This document shows, one piece after another, positions 1 through 12,699 of a stretch of 64,000 bases of DNA. Below the pieces are notes generated by a model. It had not been told where the DNA came from. It saw nothing but the letters and a program-made list of their open reading frames with translations, and searched no databases. The translations under genes were made by a program, and so were the position numbers. Source of the stretch: Heterodontus francisci (taxonomy: Eukaryota). Positions within the stretch are counted from its first letter, which is position 1. Each line of letters opens with the position of its first letter. The stretch is taken from positions 40,797,095-40,861,094 of the forward strand of contig NC_090403.1 in assembly GCF_036365525.1 (NCBI RefSeq), written 5' to 3'.

Positions 1-3000
1 GTAAATATTTTATAATTCTATTTGAACACTGCACAAAACATATATATAAATGTATAAAACATAAAACTGTGATAAATAAAGTCATAAGTAAATTCATTGC
101 AATATATTGATTTACTGTTCTGAAAAAATACCTTGCATCTTGTCCCTTTGGTTTCTTTTGAATTTAATTGCCACCGAGACATCGACTCAATGGTGAACTA
201 AGGCATCTTTTGAGATAGATCATGAGCCTCCTACTCTCTTCCAGTTCTAATTTCTCATTAAAACCTAGTTAAGCATATTTTTTCTGATGAAATAATACAG
301 CTTTGCTAAAAGGACCATCTGTTTTCCTCTCCAAGTCTTATAAAAATCTGTTCCAGTGGCAGAATTTGATGTTTGATACACTGCCAAATTTCTCTTTCAT
401 TTTTACTGAGGGGCAGGAAAATTAAACCACATGACTAAGATTGCCTTGTACAGTCTTATTCTTCAAATGATGGCATCATAGGAGCCTGGCTAGTAATCAG
501 GATGTGCCTTGCAATCCTCCTATTCCTTCACAAATAACAATCCAGGATCTACAATTGCTTAGTTCTCTTCCCTCTATACTGACTTAAAAATTACTTTTCC
601 TTAAAAATATCCAGGCATAAAATAACAATGAAACTGGTATTAGATCCGGATTGAACTAATCGATTGAGCTGACACAGATCAATGGGTCAAAAGGCTTCCT
701 CCTATGCTGTAACATTCAACAATTCTTTGGCTTTAATTTGCTCATTATTAAAATGCTACCAATCACAAATAGCCCTATTACCATCTAAGTACATGCATCC
801 TTCCACCTCCCGGGTGATGAGACAGTTTGTGGCTAGATGCCATTTAACATCTTCAAAAAAAGAGCTGGAAAGAGGTGCCCATTTGTGGATGGGTCAAGGA
901 CAACTTGACTCACTGAGGCCATCAAACTTGGATTGTCAGCAACCACAATCTCTCCAAAGAATCAACAGGATCTGCCAAGGAAATGTCACCAAGTCAAAGG
1001 GACTAGCAGAGCTGAGAATGCTCTAAAATGAAGAACAGGGCACCAGCACAACAGTTCAGGCTATAATAAAAAGGTTAACTTTCTGCAAGTTTACAGGTAG
1101 TCCCTGCTTACTTGGGAAACATTTTCATTTAAATTATTTCTTCCTACTGGCAAATACAAAGCAAATAGGAGGAAACTATGTTGCAGCTGGACTAGGAATA
1201 AGTTCTGGAGGATGCAGTATAAACTGATCTTTTAAGACCCAAGCCATACCCCACCTGAGGTTGAATTCTGATCCTTTAGCCACTCTGAGGGATGGGGGTG
1301 GTGACCTGGACAGGTAATGCCTCAGGCAATTTGGAGGTTGATGATCAAGGACACTGATAAAACAATTGGCCCTGAACAGGGAATCCCTCCTTAGTTAGGA
1401 AGAGCTTTTTGCTATTCTAGATAGCTAGATGCATGCAACACCTTAGCCCCTTCACCAGCTCGACCAGTCCTAGACAGAAGGATCCAACATGGTGTGACTG
1501 GATTTTTAAAGAATCCTACAGTATTTAAGTACTTTTACATTGTTTTGGGTTGTGTTCATTCTGAACAGTCAAGTCCAACTCGATCAGTTGGACAGATGAT
1601 GAGTTCGGGAAACATAATTTGAACAATTTTCACATCTCTAGATAACAAAAATGGATAATCATGTTTCCTGCACTTCTTTGCATCTTTGAAATCAACAGAG
1701 ACAGTGATGTCTCCCTACCTCAAAATCCTGGATCAAGTCTGGGCATTCCTTGAAATGGATCAGAGTAGAAATCAATCCTGGTGCACCACTGTCTCTTCAT
1801 TATCATTTAATATTGGTAGTTCCTAGTTTCTGGCAGTTGTTGGAAAGGTCTCTTACACCTCCTACAACTTGAGATCATCAGGCTGTAGGAAAACCTTTTT
1901 CTTCAGCAGCCCAATGAATGCATTGCTTACTGGACCTGGGTCTGTATAATAAAATATAGAACAGCGAGGTAGTGCTCTGTGTTCAATTATCTTAGGCACA
2001 ATTGTTACAGGGAGAAGAAAACTGTATCCAAACTAACCTATTTTACTTTTATCAGCAACCCCATCCTCCCCCCAGTAGAAACAGGGTGCCTGCTCAAAGC
2101 CACAATACCAAATTTTAAATATTTAATTGCTAAGGTGCTAAGTTCAGGTACTGAGATATTTTGGGACAATTGTGTAACGCTGGAGTTATAGTAAGTCAGG
2201 AGTTGCTCAGATAATTCACAATCCACTGAAAGAGAAACAGACAAGGCAGGAAACTAAAAGAGCTAAAAACTATCCTTACTGCTGCTAAATCTCATGAAAA
2301 AAAATTGCAGGTCCTGGTTCTGTAATTTGTTTTAAAGTAACACTGGGAGCTTAGCGTTCCTTCTCAAAACTGAAGGAATAAAAAAAGGACTGACGTATCA
2401 CACAGGCCCTGGGCTTTTAAACAGCGCAACAACAGGAAGTCACCTGGGATTGAACCCAATGACATGAAAATAAATATGTCCTTCCTCACAACACAATCAA
2501 TGTTGGGCCAGATGCTACATTGTGGGAGGAATACTTCAATAGTGAATAATGTTTGATTTCTTCACAAAGGCTCACAGTGCACTCATCTGTTCTTATTCAG
2601 TATTATAGGCACTTCCCAATACATTCAGTCCTGTACAGTCCTTGACTTTTGCAGTCAATCATTTTATTGTGAAATTTGTTGAAGCAGAAAACAAATGAAG
2701 TCATAACTTCCAATATTGACCTTGTGTTTGTCATGTTAGAATTTCATTGAAGGAGGAGTTTCATTATACTGGGAGCCAGTAGTTATACTGTAAATGGTAT
2801 TTAGGGTGTGTTAGACTTGTCATTATAAAGAAGTATACAGGGTATCCAATCCATGCCCTGCATTCTTTATCTAAGTCACTTCTCAGCATTATCTAGTCTC
2901 TGGAGCTTCACCTTTTGATTTCTCCCAAGAACAGAAACAGCTGATTTCCAGTTGTGTCATGGGAACTTTAAAAGAAAACTCACTGCCACCTTTCTAAGCA

Positions 3001-3619
3001 GGACACCACTGGATTGATCTATGCCTCCCACTCCCTGCAACACCTTTCTCCTTCTGCTGAGATCCATAATATGGTGCCTGGCTGTTGGAACCAAGAACGA
3101 CTGGAATGAGCAGAAAACCAACGCACTGTAAGAAAGCGAACAGCACGTTGTAATTTTTAAAAAATTCCTATGACTTCACATGTTTGTAGTTTCTGTTTGT
3201 GTTATTTTCAGAGATGAATGCTTTTCATTTGCAGTGCTCTCCACACCTCACTTCGAGCTATGTGCCAGGCTTTGGAGTGGGAAGAAAGACAGCACGCTTT
3301 GGAGTAACTGATTGACCCAGGCTCCAAATGCCTCTTTAATGTGCCTGCTTGCCTGAATTCCAATGCTGCTAGTCCTGTTATTTCTACAGTCCTGACTGAC
3401 TCCGAATGCTGCGACCTCTAACTCTCCCAAAGTTTAGAAATGGAAAGAGAAAAATGGAAAATGATAAAATGCAAAAAGGAAAAGTACCAGAGAGGACAGA
3501 CAGAAACAAGGAACGAAGAGAAACCATAGTTGAAGGATGAGATAGAGAAACATTCAAGCGTTTGTGAAGGAGCAAAGAGACAGGATGCAAAATTTGGCTC
3601 CATAGCGCCCAAAACCTCA

Positions 3620-5300
3620 GCACTGTGGATGCAATTTTGGTTCCAAAATGAAGTTCCAGTGCAGTCTGCCATTTTGGGCAGCCATTAGGAGCCTGTGCCT
3701 GAAGTAGGCAGAGTAGGAAGATCATGGACTGCAGTGAGACCCTGCAAGTCCCTTTGAACACTGGCATCTGATGGCAGCAGTCTGAGCCTGTATGATAACA
3801 AGCTGTGCTTGCTTGGCTACAAGTTGCAATTTTAGAGCCTCTGGCTGAGCTTCCACTGCAGCACTCAGACTTTGGGTGGTTTCTGCTTGTAGTGCAATGG
3901 AAGCTGAGAGGTTGCCCATCAGACATTGCATCATAGTCAGATCCACGAGTGCTGCCATGATGTTGGTCACCTCTTCCATGCTGAAAAGAATGGGCTCCAA
4001 GCTCTATGCAAAGCCCTGTGATATGTTGGTGCTGAACTTTTCTATACTCCTTGACAGCGACAGCAGCTTTCTGACAGGCCTGCCAATGAACGAAGCCCAT
4101 TAGCCTTTTTGGTACATTGTCCAATCAAAGTCCTCATTTGAGTTCCCTGCAGCAGAGCTTGTGCTACCTTGCCCTCAGGGGAGCTGACACCTGCGCTACT
4201 GTTCTCCCCTGCCCTGGCTGCAGGCCACTCATGCCTGGTGACTCATTACGTGCAGATCCCTTCTCATATCATCAGTGACCTGCTCCTCTTGCACTTCACC
4301 CTCCTGTATCAGTGCTTGACCAGGTGGCTGTTATTGGGTAGCTGAAAGGAGAAAGACACAAAGGTAGGTTTGCAGTGAGGGAAGGGGTGAAAGGAAGAGT
4401 GCATGCTTACCCCATCTGCAACTTGTATATCAGAAGACACTGTGAGAAAAGTGGGAAGTGGGATGTGAGAAGGTGGATTAAGTAGGAACATACTGTCATC
4501 TTCTATGGTTGTAGCCCCACTGCTGGCCACATCAGTTGCTCCAATGATGATCAGCACCTTCCCCTTCATGGGGGTAAAAACATGCAGCCGTGCTAGTCAA
4601 CCACGAACCCCAGTTAGATGCTGCTGCCTGCAGTTGTGCATTGCATTGTTCTACAAGAGAAAGTGTATCAGTGAGTGTATTGCAATGTGTTTGGGTGATA
4701 CGACTGTCATAGTTGAATACCTAGCAGAGTGTATAAGCTGAAAGATGTGAGTGCCAGGCTTGCAGCAGTGACAAGTGTGTGAGGATGAGGTGTGACTATG
4801 AATGGTAAACATCAGTCATGCTTGACAGAAAATGTAAAGGGGATTGGTGAATGGAGCACTGTGTGAGGCTACTGGTTCATTTGCAAGGATATGGCAGTTG
4901 ACGATACATTCACTGACCTTGACCACTCATGTGAGGTCATTAAACAACTTCTTGCGCTGTTTCCAGATACTCAGGGCTGGGCTGCTTGCATTGAGTGCAT
5001 TGAGAGCGATGGCTATCTGTTCCCTCCTGGCCCTCTGTGGGAAAAGGATCTCTCTCCTCCTGTCCACTGCCTACACCAAGGTCTCGAGCGCTGCATTAGA
5101 AAAGACTTAAAACTTGTTCTCTGTCCTGTTGTACATTTTCACTCTTCTTCCTGCTCAGACTCTGTTCCACAAACCATTTCAGCACCAATTACACCCATTT
5201 AAGAGATGCAGACTTTAAGTAGTGGGGGCTAACTTTAGGTGGAGCTAGCCTTACACAAACCTGGGCCTGCTGCTGAGGCGTGCAGCTACTCAGCAGTGCA
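3620..5300 (-). mobile_element. Decayed PIF/Harbinger remnant: spliced Myb/SANT-like accessory gene
   Basis: The minus strand near 5100-4918 reads FSNAALETLV*AVDRRREILFPQ...WKQRKKLFNDLT*VVK, followed by a gtcagt donor. A downstream exon starts at 4650 (cttgtag|). The low-complexity A/Q-rich C-terminal part resembles 44555-45016. Boundaries are approximate. Confidence 0.7.
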
Positions 5301-5679
5301 TTTAGCTCTAATCTTCTCTCTTTCTCGCACTGCGGTGCTGGTTTACTGCTCAGTGGTGCTAACTCTCATCCGCAACTTGATCATGTGGCCATTCTGCATG
5401 GAAAAACCTAGACAGTGAATGCTACCCAGCTATTTGTTCACTGGGTGTATCACAGCTAAGCCTGATCCTGTCATCTGACATCTGCATGAGTATCATAGAA
5501 TCATAGAGTTGTACAGCACAGAAGGAGACTATTCTACCCATTGTACACACTACCATTATAAATGAACAGTCAGCAAATGGTTTAGTGCTACCTGCAACAA
5601 CACGTATGGGTTCGGGTCAATCGTACATTGTGATCCCTGCCCTGTTATTGGGCCTTATCCAATTTTTCCCCCAAGGAAT

Positions 5680-5885
5680 TTAATATATAATATGTACATA
5701 TAATATATATAAATATATATATATGTAGACAGAGAGAGAGAGATAAAGACACACAGACAAAAGTAGGAGTAAAGAGAGAGAGACTGAAGTGATGGGGAGA
5801 GAGTCAGGATGAAGAACAAGAGACTCAGCAAAAAACATAGAAATGAAAGAGAGTAAGACATAAAGTAGGGAAAGAGTTATAAATG
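5680..5885. repeat. (TA)n / GA-rich low-complexity tract
   Basis: TATATA runs followed by AGAGAG-rich sequence. Confidence 0.8.
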
Positions 5886-6789
5886 ACATAATGCAAGCAT
5901 TATGGGTTGCACTTTGTGTTCATCTTCATTCTACCTGACTTAAGAGCAATTCAACCGAGGTGGATCACTCATTAGTTGTGTCAAAGGATCAAGCCCAAAG
6001 CTCTAAAAAGTTGTACCCTCCCCACAGTAAATGGTTCTTCTGAGATTGGAGGTGATGCAGATTGTTGAGGCAGAGTAGGAGGAGCTTTGCTCTGCTTCAC
6101 TCACTGTATATGAACAGAGTGTGCTTGGTGCTGACACTGGGTGCGAAGAGTGGGAGAAGTGTTCTGTTCCAGTGCTAAAGTACTTTAACCTGAGCACAAA
6201 ATACACTGAAAAACAATTTTTAATAATGTTGTTCTACTGTCATCTATAATAAAGAAATTAAAGCATTGTCCACACAGACTAATGGCTGGAAAGATTATTG
6301 TCAACTGTACTCTTCACCATTCTTCAATTACCAGGAGTAAGAGAATCAGTGGCAAGACCACATAAATCTGAAACTGACCTTGATTTTTTTTTCATTAATC
6401 CCCTCATTTATAGATTTGCCAATTGTGTGGCATGCAACTTTTAGATAGGTGCAATTTTTATTCAATTAAAATAGAAATGCTCTGAGAACAGGCAGCCACA
6501 AGGAGATAACCTGTGTTTCTTAGTGACCAGATGAGTAGGCTTCATTGTATGGTTTTTCAGAGATCAAAATGCCACAGCTACAATCAACTATGTTGTAAGT
6601 TATCAGAATGGAAGCAATATACATTCAATTTCAAAGTAATGGATGCAAACTCTTTTCATTATTTTGTGGCCTAAGTACACAGCTGGATTCCTGATTCAGG
6701 TGTCTTGTTGCACTAGGGCCAGTTTTTCATGTCAGCAAAAATTTTAAAAGTATTTTTTCTCTAATCTTCTCTATTCTACTCATTATATC

Positions 6790-7445
6790 TGTGCTGGCCC
6801 TTTGAAAGAACTATCCAATTAGTCCCACTCCCTGCTTTTTTCATGTAGCCCTACAAATTTTCCCCCTTTAAGTACTTATACAAATCTCTTTTGACAGTTA
6901 TTATTGAATTTGCTTCCACCACTCTTTCAGGCAGTACATACTGGCTCATAATAACTTGCTCCTTAAAAAATGTTTTCCTCATATTGCCTTTGGTTCCTTC
7001 CTTGAATCGGAGTCCTCTTGTTACTGACCATTCTGTCACTGGAAGCTGTTCTCTCCTTATTTACTCTATCAAAACCCTTCATGATTTTGAAAACCTCTAT
7101 CAAATCTCCCCTTAACCTTCTCTGCTCTAGGAAAACAACCCTAGTTTCTTTAATGTCTCCATAAAACTGAAGTCTTTCATCCCTGATACATTTCTAGTAA
7201 CTTTCCTGTCTGATGAAAGGTCACAGACCTGAAATGTTAACTCTGTTTCTCTCTCCACAGATGCTGCCTGACCTGCTGAGTATTTCCAGCACTTTCTGTT
7301 TTTATTTCAGCTTTCCAGCATCTGCAGTATTTTGCTCTCCTCTCTAAGGACTTGTCATCCTTCCTAAAGTGTGGAGCCCAGAAATGACCACAATAATCCA
7401 GCTGGGGCCTAACCAGTTCTTCATAAAAGTTCAGAATAACTTTCA
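6790..7445 (-). mobile_element. CR1 LINE 3' fragment interrupted by a Penelope-like terminus
   Basis: Minus-strand peptides LVRPQLDYCGHFWAPHFRKD and VTRGLRF...LPERVVEANSIITVKRDL are typical of the CR1 ORF2 C-terminus. Confidence 0.85.
7210..7336 (+). mobile_element. Penelope-like (PLE) terminal fragment with a decayed minimal hammerhead ribozyme
   Basis: CTGATGA-aAGGTcacagACCT-GAAA-TGTT-AACTC, followed by a tail shared with 52746-52842 and 45790-45860. Confidence 0.65.
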
Positions 7446-7732
7446 TGATAGGAGCATTTACGGATGTTTATTTACTTCAGTAAGTGTCAATGTTTCATTC
7501 AGTTTCAGAATGAAATTTAGATGTTTCCTTACCAATTCATTTCTGGCAATGTTTCAAATATCTGAGTGGTTTAAGACAAACTGCTCTAGGTAGGACCACA
7601 AGATGAAGTTTGTCAGTAGAGGCTGAATGCTGCAGTTACATTGATTTTAAACCTTAACATGGGCATGTCTTTCCATTCTACATTGGATCATAAAGAACCC
7701 TGAAACTAGTTAAAAATTAGAACATTACCATA

Positions 7733-8427
7733 GGCCCTGGATATAAACAGGGGTTGAGTTGAGATGGGAAGCCAAGACATTTTAACTCCATAGTGTGCGT
7801 CTGTTATAATTGACAGGTTCCTCACTTGGAAGTCAGCCTGATTGACGGCCTTGCTTCCAAGTTGAATGGGAGAACTCCAGTGGAGGCCTCAGGAGCAGAT
7901 AGGTCAGACTTGTCAACTTGTCGGGCGGGGGCCAAGTCCTGGGGAGGAACTGATCCATGATCCCAGGCAGGGGTGTCCAATGCCAATGAGGGGGGGGGGG
8001 TCAGATCTCTAACCTTGGGTGCATCTGATGCAACAGGTTGGGGGGTGGGGGGTGCTTGGCAGGTCAGGGGAGGGGTGGAAAGCAGTCCTACTCTCCTGGC
8101 CCACAAGCAGTGCTATAAAAGCAGTTGACAGCTTCAGGGAGTAATTTTTACATCCCTTCAGCTGCCAGGTTTCCCAAGGCCTAGGAAACCTGGCTGGCCA
8201 TTGTTAAACCTGCAAAGTTTATTAAATCAGAGGCTGCCAGTCTCATTAAAATTTTGAACTTTCCAACCCATCTCCTGCAAGTGGGTTGGCTGTCCACCCT
8301 TTCTCTTGCCTCTACTAAACCCAGAATGGGGCGGATTGGAGGTGGGTTGGGGTCGGGTTTCACATTTTTAATTTTTAACATCTGACCCGACCCCAACCCA
8401 TCCATTTTCGGGTGTTAAAATTCACCC
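7733..8427. mobile_element. Harbinger-type MITE downstream of the channel stop codon
   Basis: The right end GTTAAAATTCACCC resembles the TIR of the other MITEs. The left TIR is degenerate and the interior is G-rich. Confidence 0.55.
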
Positions 8428-8459
8428 TTAGAAGTCACTGTCTGACAATTGGAAGTGTC

Positions 8460-8632
8460 AGCCCATGTTGATTTTTCACCTCCTTAGCTTAGGTACATTA
8501 AAGACAATTTTAAGCTTTGATTGCTACCCAATTGGTATGACTAACACAGTACAGAACATACATTGAACCTGGGACTTTCCTAGTCTGTATGACTCAGACA
8601 GATATCAGACAGTGAATTTATCAACTGAGCCA
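8460..8632 (-). mobile_element. tRNA-headed SINE fragment in the putative 3' UTR
   Basis: The minus strand has ATGGCTCAGTTG (A-box-like) and CCAGGTTCAAT (B-box-like). Confidence 0.5.
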
Positions 8633-8970
8633 TACAAAGAATTCCAGCAAGGGGCTTTACTCAGCTCTTTTAAAAGTTAATTTGAAGCCAAATTACTTCA
8701 ATGGAGTTTGCCTGGGCTTTTCTAGAAATATAAGAGATGCCTTTTCTGCTTTACTTTTACATTGGGCTATCTTAGTATTCCATCTATGAAGCATGTTCAA
8801 CATGTATCTTCACAGTTACCCCTCAACTTAGTAACTAAAACATTGTAGTCACCTAGTTGTGCAAACTGAGAATTTATACCCTAAACAGCCCAATGCACTT
8901 GACTAAGGTCTTAAGTCTCTGATTTTTATATATTTAAAAAAAAACATGCTGTAGTTGATAATGTCTGCTT

Positions 8971-9575
8971 TTAAGTGAAGCGATCAGAATTCATTTTCCT
9001 CAGTTTGGCAGGCAAATTGTCCTCCATTCGCGACCCTGTGGGCTGCAGGCCATATTCCCTTTGTAGTAGATCCCCCGTTGACTGAGTGATGGATTCCGAA
9101 TTGATTTTGAAACCCTTCAGTGGGAGTCTTTCCTCAACACCAGAATTGCTGGGGTTAGAGCTTAACCTCTGCAGTTTTAGAGGGAGGTCCCCAGTGCTGC
9201 AAGTTTTTTCTCCTATATCTGCAGTCATCCTCAGAACTTTCTTCTGCAGGTCTTCCTTGCAGGTGCTCATTTTCTGAAGCTTGGCTGGTAATTTGCTGCC
9301 CTTTTCCTCAAGCGTATCGACACAGTCCAAGGAGAAGATTCTTTCCTTTCTGTTCTTGCTGTTGCTGATACAGGGAGTGGCACAGAGTGACGTAAGCGAC
9401 AGCTTCTCATCTTGTTCCTTTACACTATAAGGAGAAGTGGGGACCTCAAATGTGGAGTGGAATTGGGAATAATCTACACGGAAAAAGCCTTCTTCTAGTG
9501 ACATGACTGGAAGGAACCTGTGGCCCCAAAGAACTTCATCTTCTGTGTACGAGGTCCTCGCTTGGCATGTCATTC
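8971..9575 (-). CDS. KCNJ3: Terminal coding exon of a GIRK1/Kir3.1-like G protein-activated inward rectifier K+ channel (KCNJ3 or a close paralogue)
   Basis: Translation (G)[46 protein letters not shown]...[15 protein letters not shown] matches the recognisable GIRK1 cytoplasmic domain and C-terminus. The acceptor is tattctgttttgcag|GA ATG at 9576/9575 (phase 1) and the stop is TAA at 8971-8973. Orthologue versus paralogue is not resolved. Confidence 0.93.
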
Positions 9576-9939
9576 CTGCAAAACAGAATAATAGAATTAA
9601 AGTTTTCTAAATAGAGTTTGCAAAATTAGGCCATTATTCAATTATAAGAGAAAATGCTAATACAAAATGCATTTGAAAAACATAAATATCAAGTTATGTT
9701 AGTTGAACATAAATGACCGAAAGTGCCTCATTATTGCTCCTATTATGAAAACAGATTTCTGATAATCCTATAGTAAATCTTTTGTGCCAAAGTACAGTTA
9801 ATACTTTATACGTAGTAGATGATCAGGTACTGCTGTCGCCTAATAAACACATATCTTAATTTGCCACAACACACCAGGCTTTAACCATGATTCTGCTCAA
9901 GTTAAATATTTTACAAATTATGGAAATAACAACTGATGA

Positions 9940-10300
9940 GAGACTTGAAAATATGGATTGTAATCAAATGGAGCACAAATGTTTGAGCAAACCCAAGAGG
10001 AATGGTCAGAATTATGAAAGGGTGTGAGATAGTAAACAGCAAAAAGATGATTTCCACCTTCTGGTGAATCTGTAATAATGGAGCATAAACTGACGATTAG
10101 TACCAGAAGCATAAAAGGGAGATTAGAAGTAATCTTTTCCAACATAGTTATTAGAATATGGAATGCATTACCACAATTGACTACTGAAGCCACTTCAATC
10201 ACAATATTTCAGAGGAAATTAAATAAATCCTTGAAGGAGAAAAATATTAAAAGGTTCAGGGAAAGAGCAGAAAAAAGTAGACTACTAACCAGTTAGCTCG
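9940..10300 (+). mobile_element. Old CR1-like LINE 3' fragment
   Basis: Peptide FSNIVIRIWNALPQLTTEATSITIFQRKLNKSL matches the CR1 C-terminal motif. Confidence 0.7.
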
Positions 10301-10409
10301 CGTTTACTTTATTGTTCAAATTAATACCAAGAGGAAACTTTGCGCGTCAATACCATTTATCGGTGCTCTACCCTTGTGGCACAAATATAGGACTGGACTC
10401 TAATTCCAT

Positions 10410-11195
10410 GGGCTGGATTTTACCGAGCCCACGATGTCGGGCTCCGTGGCGGGGGTGGGCGGAAGATGGTTGCGGCAGAGGCCCGCCATGGAGCTTGATG
10501 TCGGGATTGCCCAGCATGTTCCTCCCAGCAGTGGAGAGGCGCCATGGTGGACCTCCCCGCCGCTGGACGACAGGACCTGCATCTACATATTTAAATCAAT
10601 GAAATGAATACATTTAAATGAACATATCTGCAATCGTCAGGGCCCCGACGTGATCCTCAGTGCAGCAGCCGGCATTCCTGTGCCTTCAATTCCCCATCTG
10701 TGGAAAGCTGGCATGACAGTGGTGGGGAGGAGTTAAGATTTCCAGTGCAGCAGTTAGGGGGATGGGGTAGAATAAACATAATGACTATAGGGGATGGTGG
10801 GAAGGGGTGAACTTTAAACTTTGTGCAGTCTTGTGGGGTAAAGGTCAGATTTAAAATGTAAGTGTTTTGGGGGCGGGGGAAGGGAAAATAGTTAATGTAA
10901 TTGTTATTGGGAGGTGGGAAAGGGGCGTTAGAATTTTATTTGATAAATTTTGGGAGGGGGGTGTATCTTTAAAGTTTCAAATTGACTGGCAGGGCTGGCT
11001 GCCCTTTAACAATGGCGCTATGCCTGCGCACAGGCAGTTGACGTCATTGCTGGCGTTGGACAGTCAGCCCCCTCCATGTGATTGGTGGGGTGGGGGTGCC
11101 GCCCCCGCTATTTAAATAAGCGGCTGTTTGACGTTGCGGGCCACCTTTTGTTGAGCTCGTGCCGGGAGCGACGGCGTGCTCTTAAAATCCAGCCC
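10410..11195. mobile_element. Harbinger-type MITE
   Basis: Perfect 13-bp TIRs GGGCTGGATTTTA / TAAAATCCAGCCC with flanks CAT/CAC. Confidence 0.85.
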
Positions 11196-11444
11196 CACAT
11201 TTCCCATGTGGTGAGCTCCCAACCTGGGTGAGAGTATTAAAGGGAAGTAACTCTCAGAGGGAGGGGATATTATCAGAGGTCAAATTAACCCATAACCATT
11301 CCTTCGTTAATTATACAACTGATTCCAGTAATTGCTCAATGTGGGACAAGTGATAGACCTGCCAAAGTGAAATTCTCCTACTTATGAAGCAATCTCCATC
11401 TTGGAAAATATGCTGGAGTTTAATTAGTAAATCATTAGTATGTC

Positions 11445-11990
11445 AGGTATCAGCCATGGCTCAGTAATTGTACTCTTGCCTCCGAGTCTGAAGGCTGAGT
11501 TCAAGAACTACTCCAGAGATTAGAGCTCAAAACTCTAGACTGGCATTCCACTGCAGGACTTCGGGAGTGTGGCACTGTTGGAGGTACCACCTTGCAGATG
11601 AGACAACAACAACAATTTGCATTTCTATGGTGCCCTTAACATAGTAACACATCCCAAGGCATTTCACAGGAACATTATCAAACAAAATTTGGCAAGGTCC
11701 CATCTACCTTCTCAGATGGATGCAAAATATTCCATGGCACTACCTCCCAATGGAGCAGGGGATTTCTCCCCAGTGTCCTGGTCAATATTTATCTCATAAC
11801 CAACATCACAAAAAAACCTAGATTATCACATTGCTGTTTGTGTGACCTTGCCTGTGCTCAAATTGGTTGCTGCATTTCCTACATACAACAGTGATTACAG
11901 TTCAAATGCATTTCATCAGCTGTAAAGTGCTTTGAAATGTAGTTCGATCATGAAAGGCATTTTATATAACAGCTCTTACTTTCTTTCTCG
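11445..11990 (+). mobile_element. Deu-domain SINE (SacSINE1/AmnSINE1-like) with a nested L2-type tail at about 11603-11690
   Basis: A tRNA-like head (CATGGCTCAG...GAGTTCAAG) is followed by GGAGGT...CAGATGAGAC...CTCAGATGGATGCAAAATATTCCATGGCACTA...GAGCAGGGG...TCTCCCCAGTGTCCTGGTCAATATTTATC, recognised from memory as the Deu core. Confidence 0.7.
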
Positions 11991-12699
11991 TGGGGGTTCT
12001 GAAGATCAAAAATAAATAAATAAGTGGACAAAGGGGGCGGGCAACATCTTAAAAAAGGCAGTGCTGAAAAACATTGAAATTTCTTCTTGAGTACAGCTAC
12101 ACAGAACATAGATAAGTCTCAGACATGATTTCAAGTACATAATATTATCATATTCAGTTCTGTTGACAGGTTAACTTGTCATTTGCCTTTCCAGATGCTG
12201 AGGGTTGCTGCGTATTTTCTGTTTTTAGCGAAGATTGTCATGCCAGTGTGATTATAATATGATTCAAACCTCTTTAAAAATGCACAATGAGCAGAAATCT
12301 GCAGACTCTTTCCATAAAACGTTTGACATAGAGATTAGCTATTTATAAGCTTTCCAGTTGTACATAAAGTACACACGGAGTATCACAAAGACACAACAAA
12401 CAGTACAAGAATGAACAAGGTCGAAAAGAAAGCCGGCTGGAAATCTGGAATAAAGACATTAAATGCTGGAAATGAACAGCAGATCTGTTGTATTTGGAAA
12501 GTGAAAAGGCAGGGTAACATTTCAGGCATAACCCTTCATTGGGATCTCTATTCTAAGGTGAATGAGATCTGTTACTTATTTCAGATTTCATTGTATTTTC
12601 ATCATTCCTTTACTTACATGTTGGTTTGGTACTCTGCCACCTTATTTAATCTAGCCAGAGAGGTTCTTAGTCTGTAGTAAACAAGCTGCACCGCTTGAA

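Noticed and set aside
3384-4124. 246-aa ORF on the minus strand
   Set aside because: It is an off-frame reading of a decayed Harbinger accessory gene plus low-complexity sequence.
7985-8080. G-run clusters (also near 18670, 37740 and 49990) as G-quadruplex elements
   Set aside because: They are intrinsic to MITE interiors, with no evidence of a locus-specific role.
11445-11520. tRNA-like A/B boxes here and at 8550-8632, 42180-42245 and 58785
   Set aside because: These are SINE heads with no cloverleaf, not tRNA genes.
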